In this document: positions 1 through 13,884 of the stretch, in pieces | Layout: the number at the start of each line of letters is the position of its first letter | How positions within the stretch are numbered: position 1 is the first letter of the stretch | Assembly (NCBI RefSeq): GCF_026571515.1 | Contig: NW_026865651.1 | Coordinates: 62,001-126,000, forward strand | Source of the DNA: Ruditapes philippinarum | Lineage: Eukaryota | Length of the DNA stretch: 64,000 nucleotides | Reading direction: 5' to 3' | Position numbers and translations under genes: made by a program | The notes under the pieces: model-generated | Databases searched by the model: none | What the model was told of the DNA's origin: nothing | Seen by the model: the letters and a program-made list of their open reading frames with translations, nothing else

Positions 1-218
1 TCAATAAAAAAAATATATTGCAATTCGTATGCGGCATAATTGTGTCAAATTTCTAACCATCAAAACTCCAAACCGGTGTTAAATAGCCGATAAACACCGC
101 TGAAACCGATATGATTACTAAAAAACCTTTCTATTCTTATATTGCACGAAAGAAATAGTTTTAAATAACAACAACTAATTACGAAAAGAAACACGTTAAA
201 CCATAAGCTTATATAAGT

Positions 219-396
219 NNNNNNNNNNNNNNNNNNNNNNNNNNNNNNNNNNNNNNNNNNNNNNNNNNNNNNNNNNNNNNNNNNNNNNNNNNNNNNNNNN
301 NNNNNNNNNNNNNNNNNNNNNNNNNNNNNNNNNNNNNNNNNNNNNNNNNNNNNNNNNNNNNNNNNNNNNNNNNNNNNNNNNNNNNNNNNNNNNNNN
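219..396. other. Assembly gap (N run)
   Basis: Run of N just upstream of the copy-1 promoter block. Confidence 0.99.
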
Positions 397-432
397 GTAT
401 TATTACAGCAAAATACTTGAATGTGTTATATT

Positions 433-515
433 ATAATTTAGTTCCGTTTCCTAAAATCGCGCAATGCATTTAACTTCCTTGTAGCCATTTTGAAAACAGC
501 AGCGAAATGGTGAGT
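433..515 (+). promoter_or_regulatory. Conserved proximal promoter/5'UTR block of HSPA12 copy 1 (IRF/ETS-like, ETS and YY1-like motifs)
   Basis: AGTTCCGTTTCCT at 440-452, ACTTCCT and GCCATTTT just upstream of ATG|GTGAGT, conserved in all four modules. Motif identity is inferred from consensus only. Confidence 0.5.
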
Positions 516-3500
516 AATTATTGTTTTACTTCTTCCTTTTTCTCAGCGCTAGGTCATTCTTAGAGATGCTTCCGAAAATAACATACGATCAGGTGATTTC
601 TTCAAACATAAACCATGTTTTTTAATGAACATTTTGTCAAAAAACGGCTCATAGAAAAAAAGTTGCAAATTACTTCAAATGAAAACGTGCTTCTATTAGT
701 TCAAAAACTATGATATCTAAATTTAAAGTTGAGATATATTCCGTGCTAGTATTTATAAAAAAAAACAACAACACATTATATGGGGAAGGTAGGGGACAGG
801 AGATTTTTATATTAGATTATTGAACTTTCCAGATTGTTTTTGACCTTGATATATAATTATGAACGTTTATATCGCGCGACATACCATCTTATCACAATTT
901 TGTTTTTGCGAGTTTCGACTTGTTAACATTCCTTCAGATACAGGAAAGGATGAACTGAAATATTACCCTACCTTCCACGATATTACAACATTGAAGTGTA
1001 ACATTAAAGACACATTTTTTTACTTTACCTCAAAAGCTTTCCTATAATTATCCCAAAAGCTTTGAATTCATGATAGCATATCAGAAGATTAATAATTCAT
1101 TTGTTTCAGTCTGAGGTATTATGTGCCTGTTTGTCTATTTCTATATTAGTTTTCACATGGATATGTGATCCTAACACATTTGTTGTTTATAACATGAAAA
1201 TTAGTCAGCATCACAATTTTAGTAAAAATAATAAAACTACTTATTTCGATCATTAACATATGGTCCATGAAATATTGAATATAATATGCGTTATAACATA
1301 CTTTAAATAGAACATTTTATTGTTTTTTTGTGTGATATTATATAAAGGGGTCTGTTTTACTAAAATTAAAATGTTTATGAAAAGTTAATTTTTGAAACAC
1401 TCTCGTATTGTATTCTTATCGGGTTCTTATGTGAACAATTAAATATCATGGGTTCAATTTGTTTAAAGGTATTCCAAGTGTGTTTGATCGGTGAGATAAG
1501 TTCTGTTTACACAACACATTTTACACTTCGTTTCGATCTCATTACATTTACTAATGTACAGTTTATTTTACATCAGAACTCAGTGTATAAAAGATCATAG
1601 ATAATTTACATTGAGAGTAAAAATTAGTTTAACGAAATGTTGTGTACAAAATAAATTGTATGTTGAGTTTAAATTTGGCTTCAGACACCCAGACTTTCAC
1701 ACAATTAATGTGATGGGTTGGGTAATGAACCCTTTAGATTCTATCTATAGTAATCATAAATGTTTCGTTTGCAAAGCCAAGGCCGGTTTACCTTTTAAAA
1801 ACTTTTTCCTTTTTTTCTTCTTTATCATAGCTGTTTATATTGAATTAAAGATATAAGAAGATTGTTGATTTTGTCGTATTTTACTGTTTACACATCATAT
1901 TCATATAAATGGCAAGTCAACATGTATATACATATATTAAGGTTTTTATTTAATAATGTGAACTATGAAACATGACATTGATTTATATATATTATAGTAC
2001 AAGATACATACAGGCTGGGCTGGGTAGCAATAACATGTCAAAATGATTGACGAGAGTTCTGTATGTAACACTAAAAACGCGTGCATGTATATAATTATAA
2101 GTTGTCATTAATGGAAGCTGTCATGATATATACGATTCTCAAATGTCCAGTGGGACAGTTCGAATTTGGTATTTCACTTGTACACTTGTGTATTTGTATA
2201 TTAAAAGTATGAAACATCTGTGAGTTCTCTCTCCGTTATACGACAATTTTACACTATTTTTTATACTCTAATTTCCATTTAAATTATTTCATATGTGATT
2301 CTTTTAATAATACTGTCATTTTTTGCATATGATGAAAGTCACACTTAAAAACAATTAATAATGACACCTTAATCAATACAGTAAAATAAAAAGTGTCCTA
2401 TTTTGAAGATACATCAATATCAATATGCTTACAATTTAATTTCTTTGTTTACATTTTTTTTTCTTAGCTGCAATAAATGTGTATGTCATTGTTGTACAAG
2501 CATTGCTATCATTTCCATATGTTTCAAAACTAAGAAATAACAATTGCAATTTGTATTTAGGCAGGTATATTAATTTCATAGTTTGGGGACCTTTCTGTTG
2601 AAATGTGTCACAGTTAAATCGTATACATATACATGTACAAGCTCAGTGCGTTAACTGGAGTGCAGGTATAAGTAACCCGCATCCCAGAGCATGCCCATTG
2701 ATTGGCCCATTTTTGCTTACTTATTGTGACGTCAGAGAAAGGGAAAGCAATAGATATATCATATTCAGATGCTCGTTCATTGGTTACATTTTACTGGGGT
2801 TTCATATTATGGCAACAGGGAACGTTTCACTATATTAGAAAAGAGAGAGAACATCAAAACACTCGGCAATCTGATTAATACTCGGGGGCTACGCTCCCTC
2901 GTAGAAATCAGATAGACTCGTGTTTCGATGCTCTTTCTATTACTTATTGTTTCAAATTCAATTATATTTAGAGCTTATCTTAATTATAATACGGTGTTTT
3001 TAACTATAAGTAACTTTAGTATATGAAACTATACGTAACTTCAAGTTTTGAAAATTGAGTCCCGCTTAAGCCTTTGTTAAGGGATGCACTTTTTCATTTT
3101 CCCCCATGTACAGATTCAATCAAACCGAGTCTGCAATTTTCATGTAATTTTGTTGTGATTATTTTTTTTAATCTATGAGACATTACATAACTTTAATCTA
3201 AGGAACTATACATAACTTTAATCAATGTAATATCTTAATATCTTTTCAGCGATTTCAAGAAACTGGCTGGAAAGTCATATAATAATATATATATATATTA
3301 ATTGATACATGATGATTTATCTCTATCAGTCGGCATAAAATAAATCAGAGTTGATATATTTAAACTAAATAATTATTTTTCCTGTTCTAATTAAATTCAT
3401 TGAATTTGATCATGTTTTTTATTTCTTTCATTACACTTGAATTTTTAGATTTACAGTTCTTATATTAATGTACTTTATATAAATTATAAATTGGCAATAA

Positions 3501-6478
3501 CAATGTTAAATAAAATGATAACGTTATGTCAATATTTTTAAAAGAATGTCCTTTTTCTTAACACTGCTCGTTTTTTTCAGGACTTTGTATCATAATACTT
3601 CTCTTAGGTACATAATTTAGACTAATTTAGTAATAATAATAAGCTTTAATCAAGTGATTTGTATCATAGTTGGGGGATATCAGCTCAATCAGATTGCGTG
3701 TTTTCATCTATTTATAGGCTGGTGATATTTTGGTTGGTTCTATAGACTTTGGAACAACGTACTCGGGATGGGCAGTTATGTTTGCCCATGAATTTGAATC
3801 AGAGCCGACGAAAGGATTTGTGAAGACATGGCATTCGGGAAGCTCGATAATCACGGAGAAAACACCTACAGTGGTACTTATACAACCAGGCGGAAAGGAA
3901 CTAGAGGCGTTTGGTTACGATGCTGAGAATCGTTATAAAGAGCTTATAGAACAGGATGAACACGAGGGATATTACTACTTTCAGAGATTTAAAATGAAAC
4001 TTCACAAGCAATTGGGCGATGTAAGGAATAGTTCAATTATTAATGAATTGCATTTGTACAGTTTCTTGATTTTTACACATTGCTTAGTTTGATTATCCTG
4101 CTTTAACTTATTTCATTTCTGTATTATTATGTTTCTAGCATTGATCTAAATTCCTGGTTAGTAATTAATTAAATATTTTTATAATACTTGAATCAAGGAA
4201 AGGCATCGTTCACAGATCACGGTTTGATATTTCGTTTGTATGTTTTGTCAAGTGTTTTTCGCCGTTTCTCTCCTCCCCCAAAAAGTCTTTCAATGAATTT
4301 TAATCAAGCCTTATATGTCTGAAGTTTCTTGTTGATAGCACTTATTAATCAATTTGCTCCATTTCCGTTATCACTTTAAGCTTTCCACTACGATTGGTTG
4401 ACTATACCATGTTACTCCCCTGGCCATCAGTCGAACGTTCCTCTACCGTTCACGTTCTTACGAAGGTTTGAAGTAACGGCAGTTATTTCATTAAGCTACT
4501 AAAGGAACGTCTCTGTGCCGAGATTGCGTTCCATTGACGTTGTTTTCCCATGTTTATATTAAACGCAAATGTAACATATGTTTTATTTACCTTCACATTA
4601 ATATTTCATATTTTGACATTCAGAAAATCGACTTGAATATGACGTTGGCTGATGAAATGGGTCGCAAACTACCTGCAATTGATGTTTTTGCTATGGCAAT
4701 AGAATACCTTGTTGATGATATGCATGATGCAATCAAAGACAGAATGTCCGGAGTTATTGAGAAGTCTGAGGTTCATTGGGTTATCACTGTTCCGGCTATT
4801 TGGACAGACTCTGCAAAACAGTTCATGAGAAAAGCTGGTGAACAGGTTTGTTATCTTTATATTCATTGATTTAGTTTTCATTTAAAAGTTTATTGTTTTA
4901 TTTAAATAATAAAAAATATCAAAGGTATTGCTGTTGACAATTTATTAACTAAAAATGTCTCTTCAGGCTGGAATCGATGATCGCAAATTAAGTATCGCCC
5001 TTGAACCAGAAGCGGCCTCCATTTTCTGTCGCCATTTGTCAGTTGAAAAAAGAGTCGACACTACTAATGTCTGCATTGCTTCCTTCCCAGCTGGAACAAG
5101 ATACATGGTACTTGATGCTGGAGGTATATATTTTTAGACGCTAATCTTACGTTTTTCAATCTTATGTAATTTTCAGAAGTAAGAACTGTATATTAATACT
5201 TTTTAGAAAATACAGGTACTAATATGTCATTTATATATGCAATAGCACTGCTATGTATAATAAAGAAATGACGTTAAACAAAAATTTTTAAACGATTCAT
5301 TCTAAACGTAAAGATATTACGGCTTTATTTGGTTCTCCAGTTTTTAAATTTTGTTTTGCCCATAAAATTCAAAGGTAGTTTAGACATTTTGCGAACGTTT
5401 AAGTGTATTTTGTTTATCAGGTGGTACAATAGATATCACAGTCCATGAGGTCCAAGCTAATGGCGCTGTAAAAGAAATACAAGCAGCAAGCGGAGGCGGT
5501 TGGGGTGGTACTCTTGTTGACCAGGCGTTTGAAAAGTTGATCATTGATTTAGTAGGGAAAAGGGTTTATCAGGATTTCAAACAGGAAAGCCCGGATGATT
5601 GGCTAGACCTTTGGCGCGATTTTGAACTGAAGAAAAGAACAATTAAACCTGATAAGGAGACAAAGGTTGTCATGAAGATACCCGAAAGTCTTCGTGAACA
5701 GTATAAAAGTAAATTCCAAAAAACTTTTAAAGAAGCTGTTGAATCATCTTCATATGCTGAAAATATTACATTTGTTGCTGACAAGATGAAGTTTGACGCA
5801 ATCGTATTTAGAAAGCTTTTTGATGTCTCGTTGACCAAAACAATACAGCATACGGAAATATTAATGAGAGATCCAGCTGTCCGACAGATTAAGGCCATTT
5901 TAATGGTTGGAGGTTTTTCGGAGTCGCCTATGCTCCAAGACAAGGTTAAATCCTGCTTTCGTGGCATTGATGTTATCATACCTGCAGAGGCGTCCTCGTC
6001 GATATTGAGAGGGGCGCTTATCTTTGGACACAGTCCAACTTCGGTCTCTGAAAGAGTTTTAAAGTATTCTTATGGTATTGCCATGTATACAGCTTTTAGA
6101 AAAGGTGAACATCCAGAAAACCGGTATGAAATGACTGATTCAGGACCTAAGTGCAGAGACGTTTTTGACAAGCATGTTGAGAAAAACCAAATAGTTAAAG
6201 TGGGAGAGACACAAGTATCCCAAACGTACACACCGACAAGCAAAAACCAGACTTGCATTCCATTTCGTATTTTTGCTTCAGAGTTAAGAGATCCCAAATA
6301 TACCGATGTAGGTTGCAAATTCATTGGAAAACTGGAAATAGAGCTTACAGATCATGATGGAGATTTAACACGTGAAATCAATGTTAACTTCACATTCAGT
6401 GGTACAGAAATTGAGGTATCAGCAAAGGATGTCAAAACAGGAAAGTCGGAAAAAGCATCTATCAATTTTCTCGGCTAA
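507..6478 (+). CDS. HSPA12: HSPA12-like atypical Hsp70, copy 1 (580 aa, intact)
   Basis: Exons 507-509 (ATG only), 3718-4020, 4624-4845, 4967-5123, 5421-6478. All introns are GT-AG with phases 0,0,0,1; total 1743 nt, open frame. Hsp70/HSPA12 motifs: [49 protein letters not shown]. Ends in FLG with no lid or EEVD. Confidence 0.93.
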
Positions 6479-7832
6479 TCAGTGATACATAAATGTCATA
6501 AAAGCGGAATCTAAAGTTATTTGTTTAATATGGATGGATTGAGTGACTTCTGACATGAGGTTAATTACGTGTTTTACCTTACAATTTATGTTACATAAAT
6601 GATAATAACATTTTCCGTTTCAACGTGTGGTTGTTTAAACACACATTTACTATAGAAGTAATGAAATGCTGACATAGGCATTTTCTTCTTCAACATTTAA
6701 CAATAATCATAGAAACCACATAATTATATGCTTAGAGTTTTTACACTTTTATAAACAGATTTTGATGATTTTGCATCACAATTGTTAGTGTTGGAATTAT
6801 CTTTATTAGAAATAAAATTAACAAAAATACTGTATGCTTTAAAAATGCTACAATTGAGATAATTTTTAAATTTGCCATGATGATCATTTTTACATAATGA
6901 TATGTAATACGTGAGTATGATAATACAGTCAGATGATTGAATCATAATGTGTTATGATTTTTCACTGTTCACATAATGAAACGGCCATTTTGTTTAGGAA
7001 TATTTTACCGAAATATATGACCATTATTTGTGAAAATGTTTTGAAATCCAAACCCTGATAAACTCGACAGGACTCTCAATATACTTCAACTCATATGTAT
7101 TCGAACCTCAATAGTTAAAATGATTCCTATTCATGCTTTAGAAGAAAATGATTATAGGTTACAAGGGAGACATTATTAATAATATTCTTATAATTTTTGC
7201 CCTTCAAATTTTTTGGTTCTAGTTTTTTTGCAGTTAATTCTTAGTTACTCTTTATAGAATAAAATTTTATTATTAAAAATTAGTTTTTGAAAGGTTTCTT
7301 TATTGATATCAAGGACATGTATCATTTGCAGTATTTCCAAATTTTACATTATGAATGTAAAGTTACCTATCAATGAGGACCCTTTGTATTTGCAGAGTGA
7401 GTAAGTGAGTGATTAACCACGTTTTATTTTGATTCAGACATTTTGATATTTTCATTGACAATTTCAATTAATTTATTCCGTTTTCAGCAGGATATTTCTG
7501 ATGGGTTTTTGGTATTTCAAAATGAATTTGCAGAATATTTGACATCTGGCCGGGTGCTTTATGTTGAGCTATTTTATTTGTGGATTCCTAGATTTATTGT
7601 ATTCATATATTTCAAATTTTCTTATTTTACATTAAAAATGTAAATTTAAGTTACCTATCAATGAATACCCTTTTCTTAAAGAGAGTCAGTGCTTAGAACC
7701 TGCTTATGCATGATGGTTTGGAAATTTTTATTGATTTCGAGAAATGTAACAGATATTTTATTGTCAAGCTTTAGAAATGTTAATCTATTTTTTGTTTCAG
7801 TTTAAGGCATTTTATGCCTCAGAAACGAATAA

Positions 7833-7833
<1 letters not shown>

Positions 7834-7873
<40 letters not shown>

Positions 7874-7911
7874 AAAAAAAAAAAAACAACTACAAGCAAT
7901 CAAACAAACAA
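7834..7911. repeat. Poly(A) tract grading into (CAAA)n
   Basis: About 39 A, a C, about 13 A, then caaa-type units. Confidence 0.9.
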
Positions 7912-10210
7912 AATCATTCATTTCTAATCATTCAGGAATGTGAAATGACATTCAAACTTTAGTGTGTTGTTTTAAATTTTACTTAAAATACAGGATTTTT
8001 ACATTGGGATTAATTTGCCTTAAAATATGTAAAGTATTATGTGCATTTTGTTTATGGTGATGTGGTATATTAACTTATTCTTCATATTTATATACGTAGT
8101 GTTAACTTTTGTATAGTTTGTGTACCTTGAATAAATTAAAGAAAAAGTCTTCATTTTATTGCTGTATCTGAACAAGCTATTCCACCTTTTATGTTTCAAA
8201 ACGTTATTTTTTACAATTTAGCATAAACTTGAGAAAAAATATAGAGTGCGTTTTCTGTATTCACAAATTAAAGATAGAAAAATGGGACGGGGATAATTTG
8301 ACGAAAGGACACACCTTAAAAGAATAACATTAAGTTGTTCATATCATCATTTGAGTAAAACAGAATTGTTTTTTATTTAGAAAATAAATGTTTATGCTCA
8401 ATAGAGAGCAACAGAAATTCTTAAATGATACAATTTTTAGCAAAGCATTGTTGACTATTATTCAGTAAAAGAAATGAAAAATAACAAAAACAATTTTCCG
8501 CATTAAGTACGATTGACTATATACTATTACTATTACTGAGTTGCAAAAGAAAGTGTTAACTTGGCTTGTGGGAAAAGGTACTTTTATTCAAGAAAATTAT
8601 TGGCATATTTGATATCAATGGCAGAAATGTATTACACGATGGTAATTATTGACATTTTATAATTATCAGAACTTTGGTTACGTGTAAATGGCTCAGTGTG
8701 AAAAGTACATATTGCAGAACTGTGCTTTTAGTAAATGCGTTTTTTTTGCATTTGGATACTTAAATATTTAAATGGGACATTATATTCAAACTATCTTTCA
8801 TATGAGGTCGGCAAGGTCCATGCAGCTTCGAATTCTCGTTGATGGTGGTAATAGATATTAAATAATTGTCAAGTTACTATAAGACAAGGGCATTATAAAA
8901 ATGCAAATGATCACCACGTTTTAATACAAAGTAAAGCGTTGTGTTGTCAATACATTTCTACAAACTTTAATACCAAATTGGCCACTTTTTTGCACAATTA
9001 TGTATACAAAATATCCAATTTACACAGTGAACATGCTTAAATATATTGTCAACAATGGAAGCATGTCTTTGTTAATAAGTTGTCAAATTCGATTTGGAAA
9101 ATAAAGTATAGATATGGAGAGCAACTTTTAAGGAAATTAACCATATTCGAAATATCAAATCATAATGGTCAGATTGATAGACTAGGAATGTTACCTAGTG
9201 ATCAACAGGATAGAAAAAGAGGGGGACAGATGATGGAAAAACTTTAAATGAAGGTTATAATCTCAAATAATAATAAGCACGTGACAAACTAAAAAAAGAA
9301 ATAGGATATCGTCACAAACTTACCGGTTGTCTTGTAAAGCGGTGTATTGTAGTGAACATCGCCTTGTTTACATGATCTTTGTTTCATATTTTATCTGCGT
9401 AGTTGTAGAGATTATAAGCGTTTCAAACTCAATCAATTAAGTTGGTCTGTAACAAAAAATTAGAGTAGACAAAATATTAAAAGGGGCACAATTATATAAA
9501 ATGTTAACATGTGGATTACAGTCTGAATATTAAAAAATCTGAGGTACACAGGATTAAAGGGTTTTTACGTCAGAAAACATGGTCAATAGCTCGTTTCAAT
9601 CCCAATGAGTCTCCGTCTTACAAATGCTTATTTAAGTATCTAACATTTATGGAAACGGCACGTTAGATTATTTTTAATTTACACTATGTGTCTTTGATGA
9701 AAATGTCAAACCAATTTCAGAGTTGTAGAAACTGTATCCCTTTAAGTCGCTGTGCTGTTGGAAAAAATAAGAAAATAGTACAATAAAGTGAAAAGCAGTC
9801 TTTAACATTTGCCTTTATTACCATATGAACTCAAATGGTACAAAATATTGTTCAGATGTTTTACCATCCAAATGCATAAATTATTTTTTTATGATTCCTA
9901 TAAAATAAATGAAATTGATATTGATATTACATAGATCTTATATGACGTATGATTTTTCAAAGATACAAAACAGTTAAATAAATAGTGCCAAGAAGTTACG
10001 GTTTGCTACCTTTAATCTACCTTGCTCCCGACCGTCTTTAGAAAAGATCATCATTTACATATCAAGTATTGGATAATAATTATTGAAAGCTTAAAATTTT
10101 ACTTTCCCCTGTCTTGAAGACAGAATATACATGTAGATGGCCGATTACTACTACGCGGATCTTACTTGAAAGAATAAAGTTTATTAGCTACAGGTAAATG
10201 CTTCATTGCC

Positions 10211-10346
10211 TTATGGATGGAACATATTACATATTTGCAAACTTCATCAAAACATTGCAATCCGTGACTCTGTGACCCATCGTTATCACCCGTAACATAA
10301 TTTGGGCAGTGAGGAAAATTTTCGCAATCAGACGTTATTGTACAAA
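10211..10346 (-). pseudogene. Remnant last coding exon of a Cvsi-2-like gene
   Basis: Homologous to 55014-54881. After an AG acceptor it reads (V)CTITSDCENFPHCPNYVTGDNDGSQSHGLQCFDEVCKY, then ttccatccataag. It is 2 nt longer (frameshift before the homologous TAA), the last Cys is Tyr, and the downstream donor is GC instead of GT. No upstream exons were found. Confidence 0.75.
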
Positions 10347-10381
10347 CTAAATAAAACAACAGGAAGTGAATCAGTTTAGTA

Positions 10382-12810
10382 TTTTATGCCACCGCAGCAT
10401 CTGCGATGAGGTGGCATATAGCGATTAACATGTGTGTTTGTGTGTGTGTTCTATAGATTATATAGTGAACTTAAAAATTCTACTTGTGAAAAACCACAAG
10501 TCCAATTTCAACTAAACTTGGCAGGATTGATCCTTGGGTGAAGGGCTTCCAAAGTTGTTCAAAGAATTTCATTCCATGCAGAAATCTGGTTGCCATGGCA
10601 ACCAAAAGGAATTATAAGAATAAATTAAAAAAAATCTTCTTGTAAAGACCCAAAATGCCTAGAGCTTAGATATTTTGCATAAGGCATTGTCTGGTAGACC
10701 CTTACCAAGATTGTTCAAATTATAGCCCTGGGGTCAAAATATACTATCATCTATAGGTCCTCTACCAAAGTTGTTCAAATTTATCCCCTGGTGTCAAAAT
10801 TGGCCCTGCCCGGGGGCAGTGATTCTCATTATGTACACATAGTAAAAACAGAAAATAAAACAAATGTTTTCTGAATGAGAGAAAGCTACAGCTTAGATAT
10901 TTGACTTGAAATGTTGTTTGGTGGACCCGCATCAAGATTGTTTTGAATGAAATCCTTGGGTCAAAATTTTGCCTTGCCCAAGGGGATAGTGACCTACTTT
11001 CTTGTCCTGTGATGTACAGCATCAAAAAGATGTAAAGTGAACTTTGATAGCATCTGACCTAGATTTTGACAAAGTGTCTTACTGTGTTGTTGGGGTCATA
11101 TAGTAAAAACTTAAACTACCTCCATGTAAAGACCAAAAAGGCATAGGGCTTAGATATTTTGCATAAGGCATTGCCTGGTAGATCTCTACCCAGATTGTTC
11201 AAATTATAGCCCTGGGGTCAAAATCGGCCCCGCCCCAGGGGTCATGGATTTTCCTTATATGTATATAGTAAAAACTTATAGTAAAAACTTCTTCTAGCAA
11301 TTGACAAATGCTAGAGGTTAAATATTTTGCATGAAATATTGTGTAGTGAACCTCTAGCAAGATTGTTCAAATTATAGCCATGGGGTCAAATTGCCCCGGG
11401 GGTCATTGATTTTCAATATATATATAGTAAAAAATCAAACAATCTTATTGTCTGAAGGTACAAGGCTTAGAGCTTTAATATTTGTTAAATGATATCATCT
11501 ATAGGTACTCTACCAAAGTTGTTCAAATTTTCCCTCTTGTGTCAAAATTAGCCCCGCCCCGGGGGTCATAGGTTTTCCTTATATGTATATAGTAAAAACT
11601 TAAAAAATCATCTTCTATTAATTTACAAAGGCTAGAGTTAAGATATTTTGCATGAAACATTGTGTAGTGAACCTCTAGCAAGATTTTACAAATTATAGCC
11701 CTAGGGTCAAAATTGGCCCCACCCCCAGGGTCTTTGATTTTCACTATGTACATATAGTAAAAATTTAAAAAATCTTTCTGACTAAAGATACAAGGCTTAG
11801 AGCTTTAATATTTGGTATATAATATTATCTATGGGTCCTCTACTAAAGTTGTTTTAATTATGCCCCCAGTGTTAAAATTGCCCTGCCCAAGAGGCGATAG
11901 TTTTCCTTATATGTATAAAGTAAAAACTTGAAAAATCTTCTTCTCTGAATTGACAAAGGCCTGGGGGTCATTGATTTTCATTATGTACATATAGTAAAAA
12001 AATAAAATCATATTTTTGTCTGAAGGTACAAGGCATAAGGCTTTGATGTTTGCTATATAATATCATCTATATGTCCTCTACCAAAGTTGTTCAAATTTAT
12101 CCCCTGGTGTCAAAACTGGCCCTGTCCGGGGGCAGTTATTCTCATTATGTACACATAGTAAAAACAGAAAATAAAACAAATGTTTTCTGAATGAGAGAAA
12201 TATACAGCTTAGATGTTTGACTTGAAATGTTGTTTGGTGGACCTGCATCAAGATTGTTTTGAATGAAACCCTTGGGTCCATATTTTGCCTTGCCCAAGGG
12301 GATAGTGACCTACTTTCTTGTCCTTTGACGTACAGCAATGAAATTTTGACCATGTGCACAGTTTTAGTTGTAAAATTGAACGTTGATATCAGGTGACCTA
12401 GATTTTGATGATGTGACCTACTTTCTTGTCTTTTGATGTATAGCTATGAAATTTAAACCATGTGCACAGATTAAGATGTAAAGTGAACTTTGATATCATC
12501 TGACGTAGATTTTGACAAAGTGTCTTACTGTGTTTTCCTTTGATGTAGTCATGAAATTTAGGCTGTGTGAAATATGAACTTCACCACCAAATTCACTAGA
12601 CTCAAGTGCATTGATATATTCCTACTCTGATCTTTTATTGGATTAACAATAGATTTTACCACTTATCTGATAATAAGAATTAGATAGGTCAGAGATCTAT
12701 GCGTAATGACAATCTTCAATTGTAAAGAAACAAAAAAAATGTTCATACACTACTATTTAGTGTTGTATTAATGCGGTGGCATAGCATTTTTCTCAAATGC
12801 AATCTTGTTT
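10382..12810 (+). mobile_element. Non-autonomous Helentron/HINE (pearl/DINE-1-like) element with internal ~160-bp satellite-like array
   Basis: Subterminal inverted repeats TATGCCACCGCA (10385-10396) and TGCGGTGGCATA (12772-12783), partial inverted copy at 10410-10418, (TG)n tract near 10430-10449, ~160-bp tandem cores, 3' hairpin GCATTT-ttctc-AAATGC, T-rich ends. Confidence 0.75.
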
Positions 12811-13884
12811 AATTTTTATGTTTATATGAATCAAGCTTTATCTTAATATATTTTAGAATGGGCCCAACGTTGATGTCACTGATTTGAGCAATTAAAGACT
12901 GAAACACAATCAAAGAAACTACTTTTTGTGTTTTCAATTGCGTATTTTAATGAGCGGCAGGATACAATGAACAGAGTGTTCTCTTATTCCTTTACTATAG
13001 CTATATTTTGAAATCAAGATGAAGACCGTCAGGATTTTGTTCACTACTTATATTGTCCCTTTTAGTGTTGCAATGAGGTCAGATCATGGTTTGTTGAGGC
13101 AGCAAATTTTAGATCAATGTGGTTATAATTGTTTGTTCAACAGGGCAAGTCTCTTTGAGAAAAAGCTGTCAGACGTTCAGAAACATTAGGAAAATAACAA
13201 TTTTGATTTATCTATTTGAACACGCGTTTTCCTGCCCGAGCATCAAACAGACAGTGTCCGTGCACAACATGTTTGCCGCTTGCAAAATTGACAATCAATT
13301 GATATCATGAAATACATACTTTTCATACAAGTACCTGCATTCTTTTCTTTATGAACCAATTTGGGAACTAAAAGGAGGTAGCATACATATACATGTATAT
13401 TGGGAGGAAACATATCAATAAATGCATACATTGTAACCACCCTTTGTAATATATACACTTATTGACGGATTTTGATTAAGCCAGTTTGATCCTGACTCGA
13501 AGAAGCCCAAACCTGCACTCTGCATATTATCCAAGTAATATAAATATTCCTACAAAATCTGTTTTAAAGATACAGAGTGGGCACAAAAATTTCAAATTAA
13601 TACATTATGACTTAGTGTGACCTTGACGTGAAAAGTTCAAACCTGAACTCTACCATTACCTCATTATGGTTAACATTTCTGCAAAGTAATTATATATTCC
13701 TTTAACTGGTTTAAAAGGTACAGACCTGACAAGAGAACTCCTATATAAATCTACTTAAATAAATAATTCCCGGGCCGAGACCAATTTGTCTGTCCGTCCG
13801 TCCGAACTTACTTATGGATACTTACGTGGCTAGAGGGACATTAGGTAACTGTACCTTATCTTTAATGTCATTCATTACGTAAAG

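Noticed and set aside
859-2838. Intron-1 ORFs repeated at 18435 and 34131-34429
   Set aside because: The similarity comes from segmental duplication; reading frames are broken by indels between copies.
5569-6324. Antisense ORFs over HSPA12 exons (also 25626-26730 and 39394-40545)
   Set aside because: Shadow ORFs of the sense coding frame, with no independent splice or start support.
7777-7962. Poly-Lys ORF
   Set aside because: Translation of a poly(A) tract.
10762-12359. Two near-identical minus-strand ORFs and the GGANFDPR ORF
   Set aside because: They are translations of satellite monomers and the internal duplication inside the HINE.
13019-13150. MKTVRILFTTYIVPFSVAM... as a candidate signal-peptide exon for the Kazal relic
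   Set aside because: Weak hydrophobic core, and only a GC donor; the resulting splice does not give an in-frame Kazal domain.
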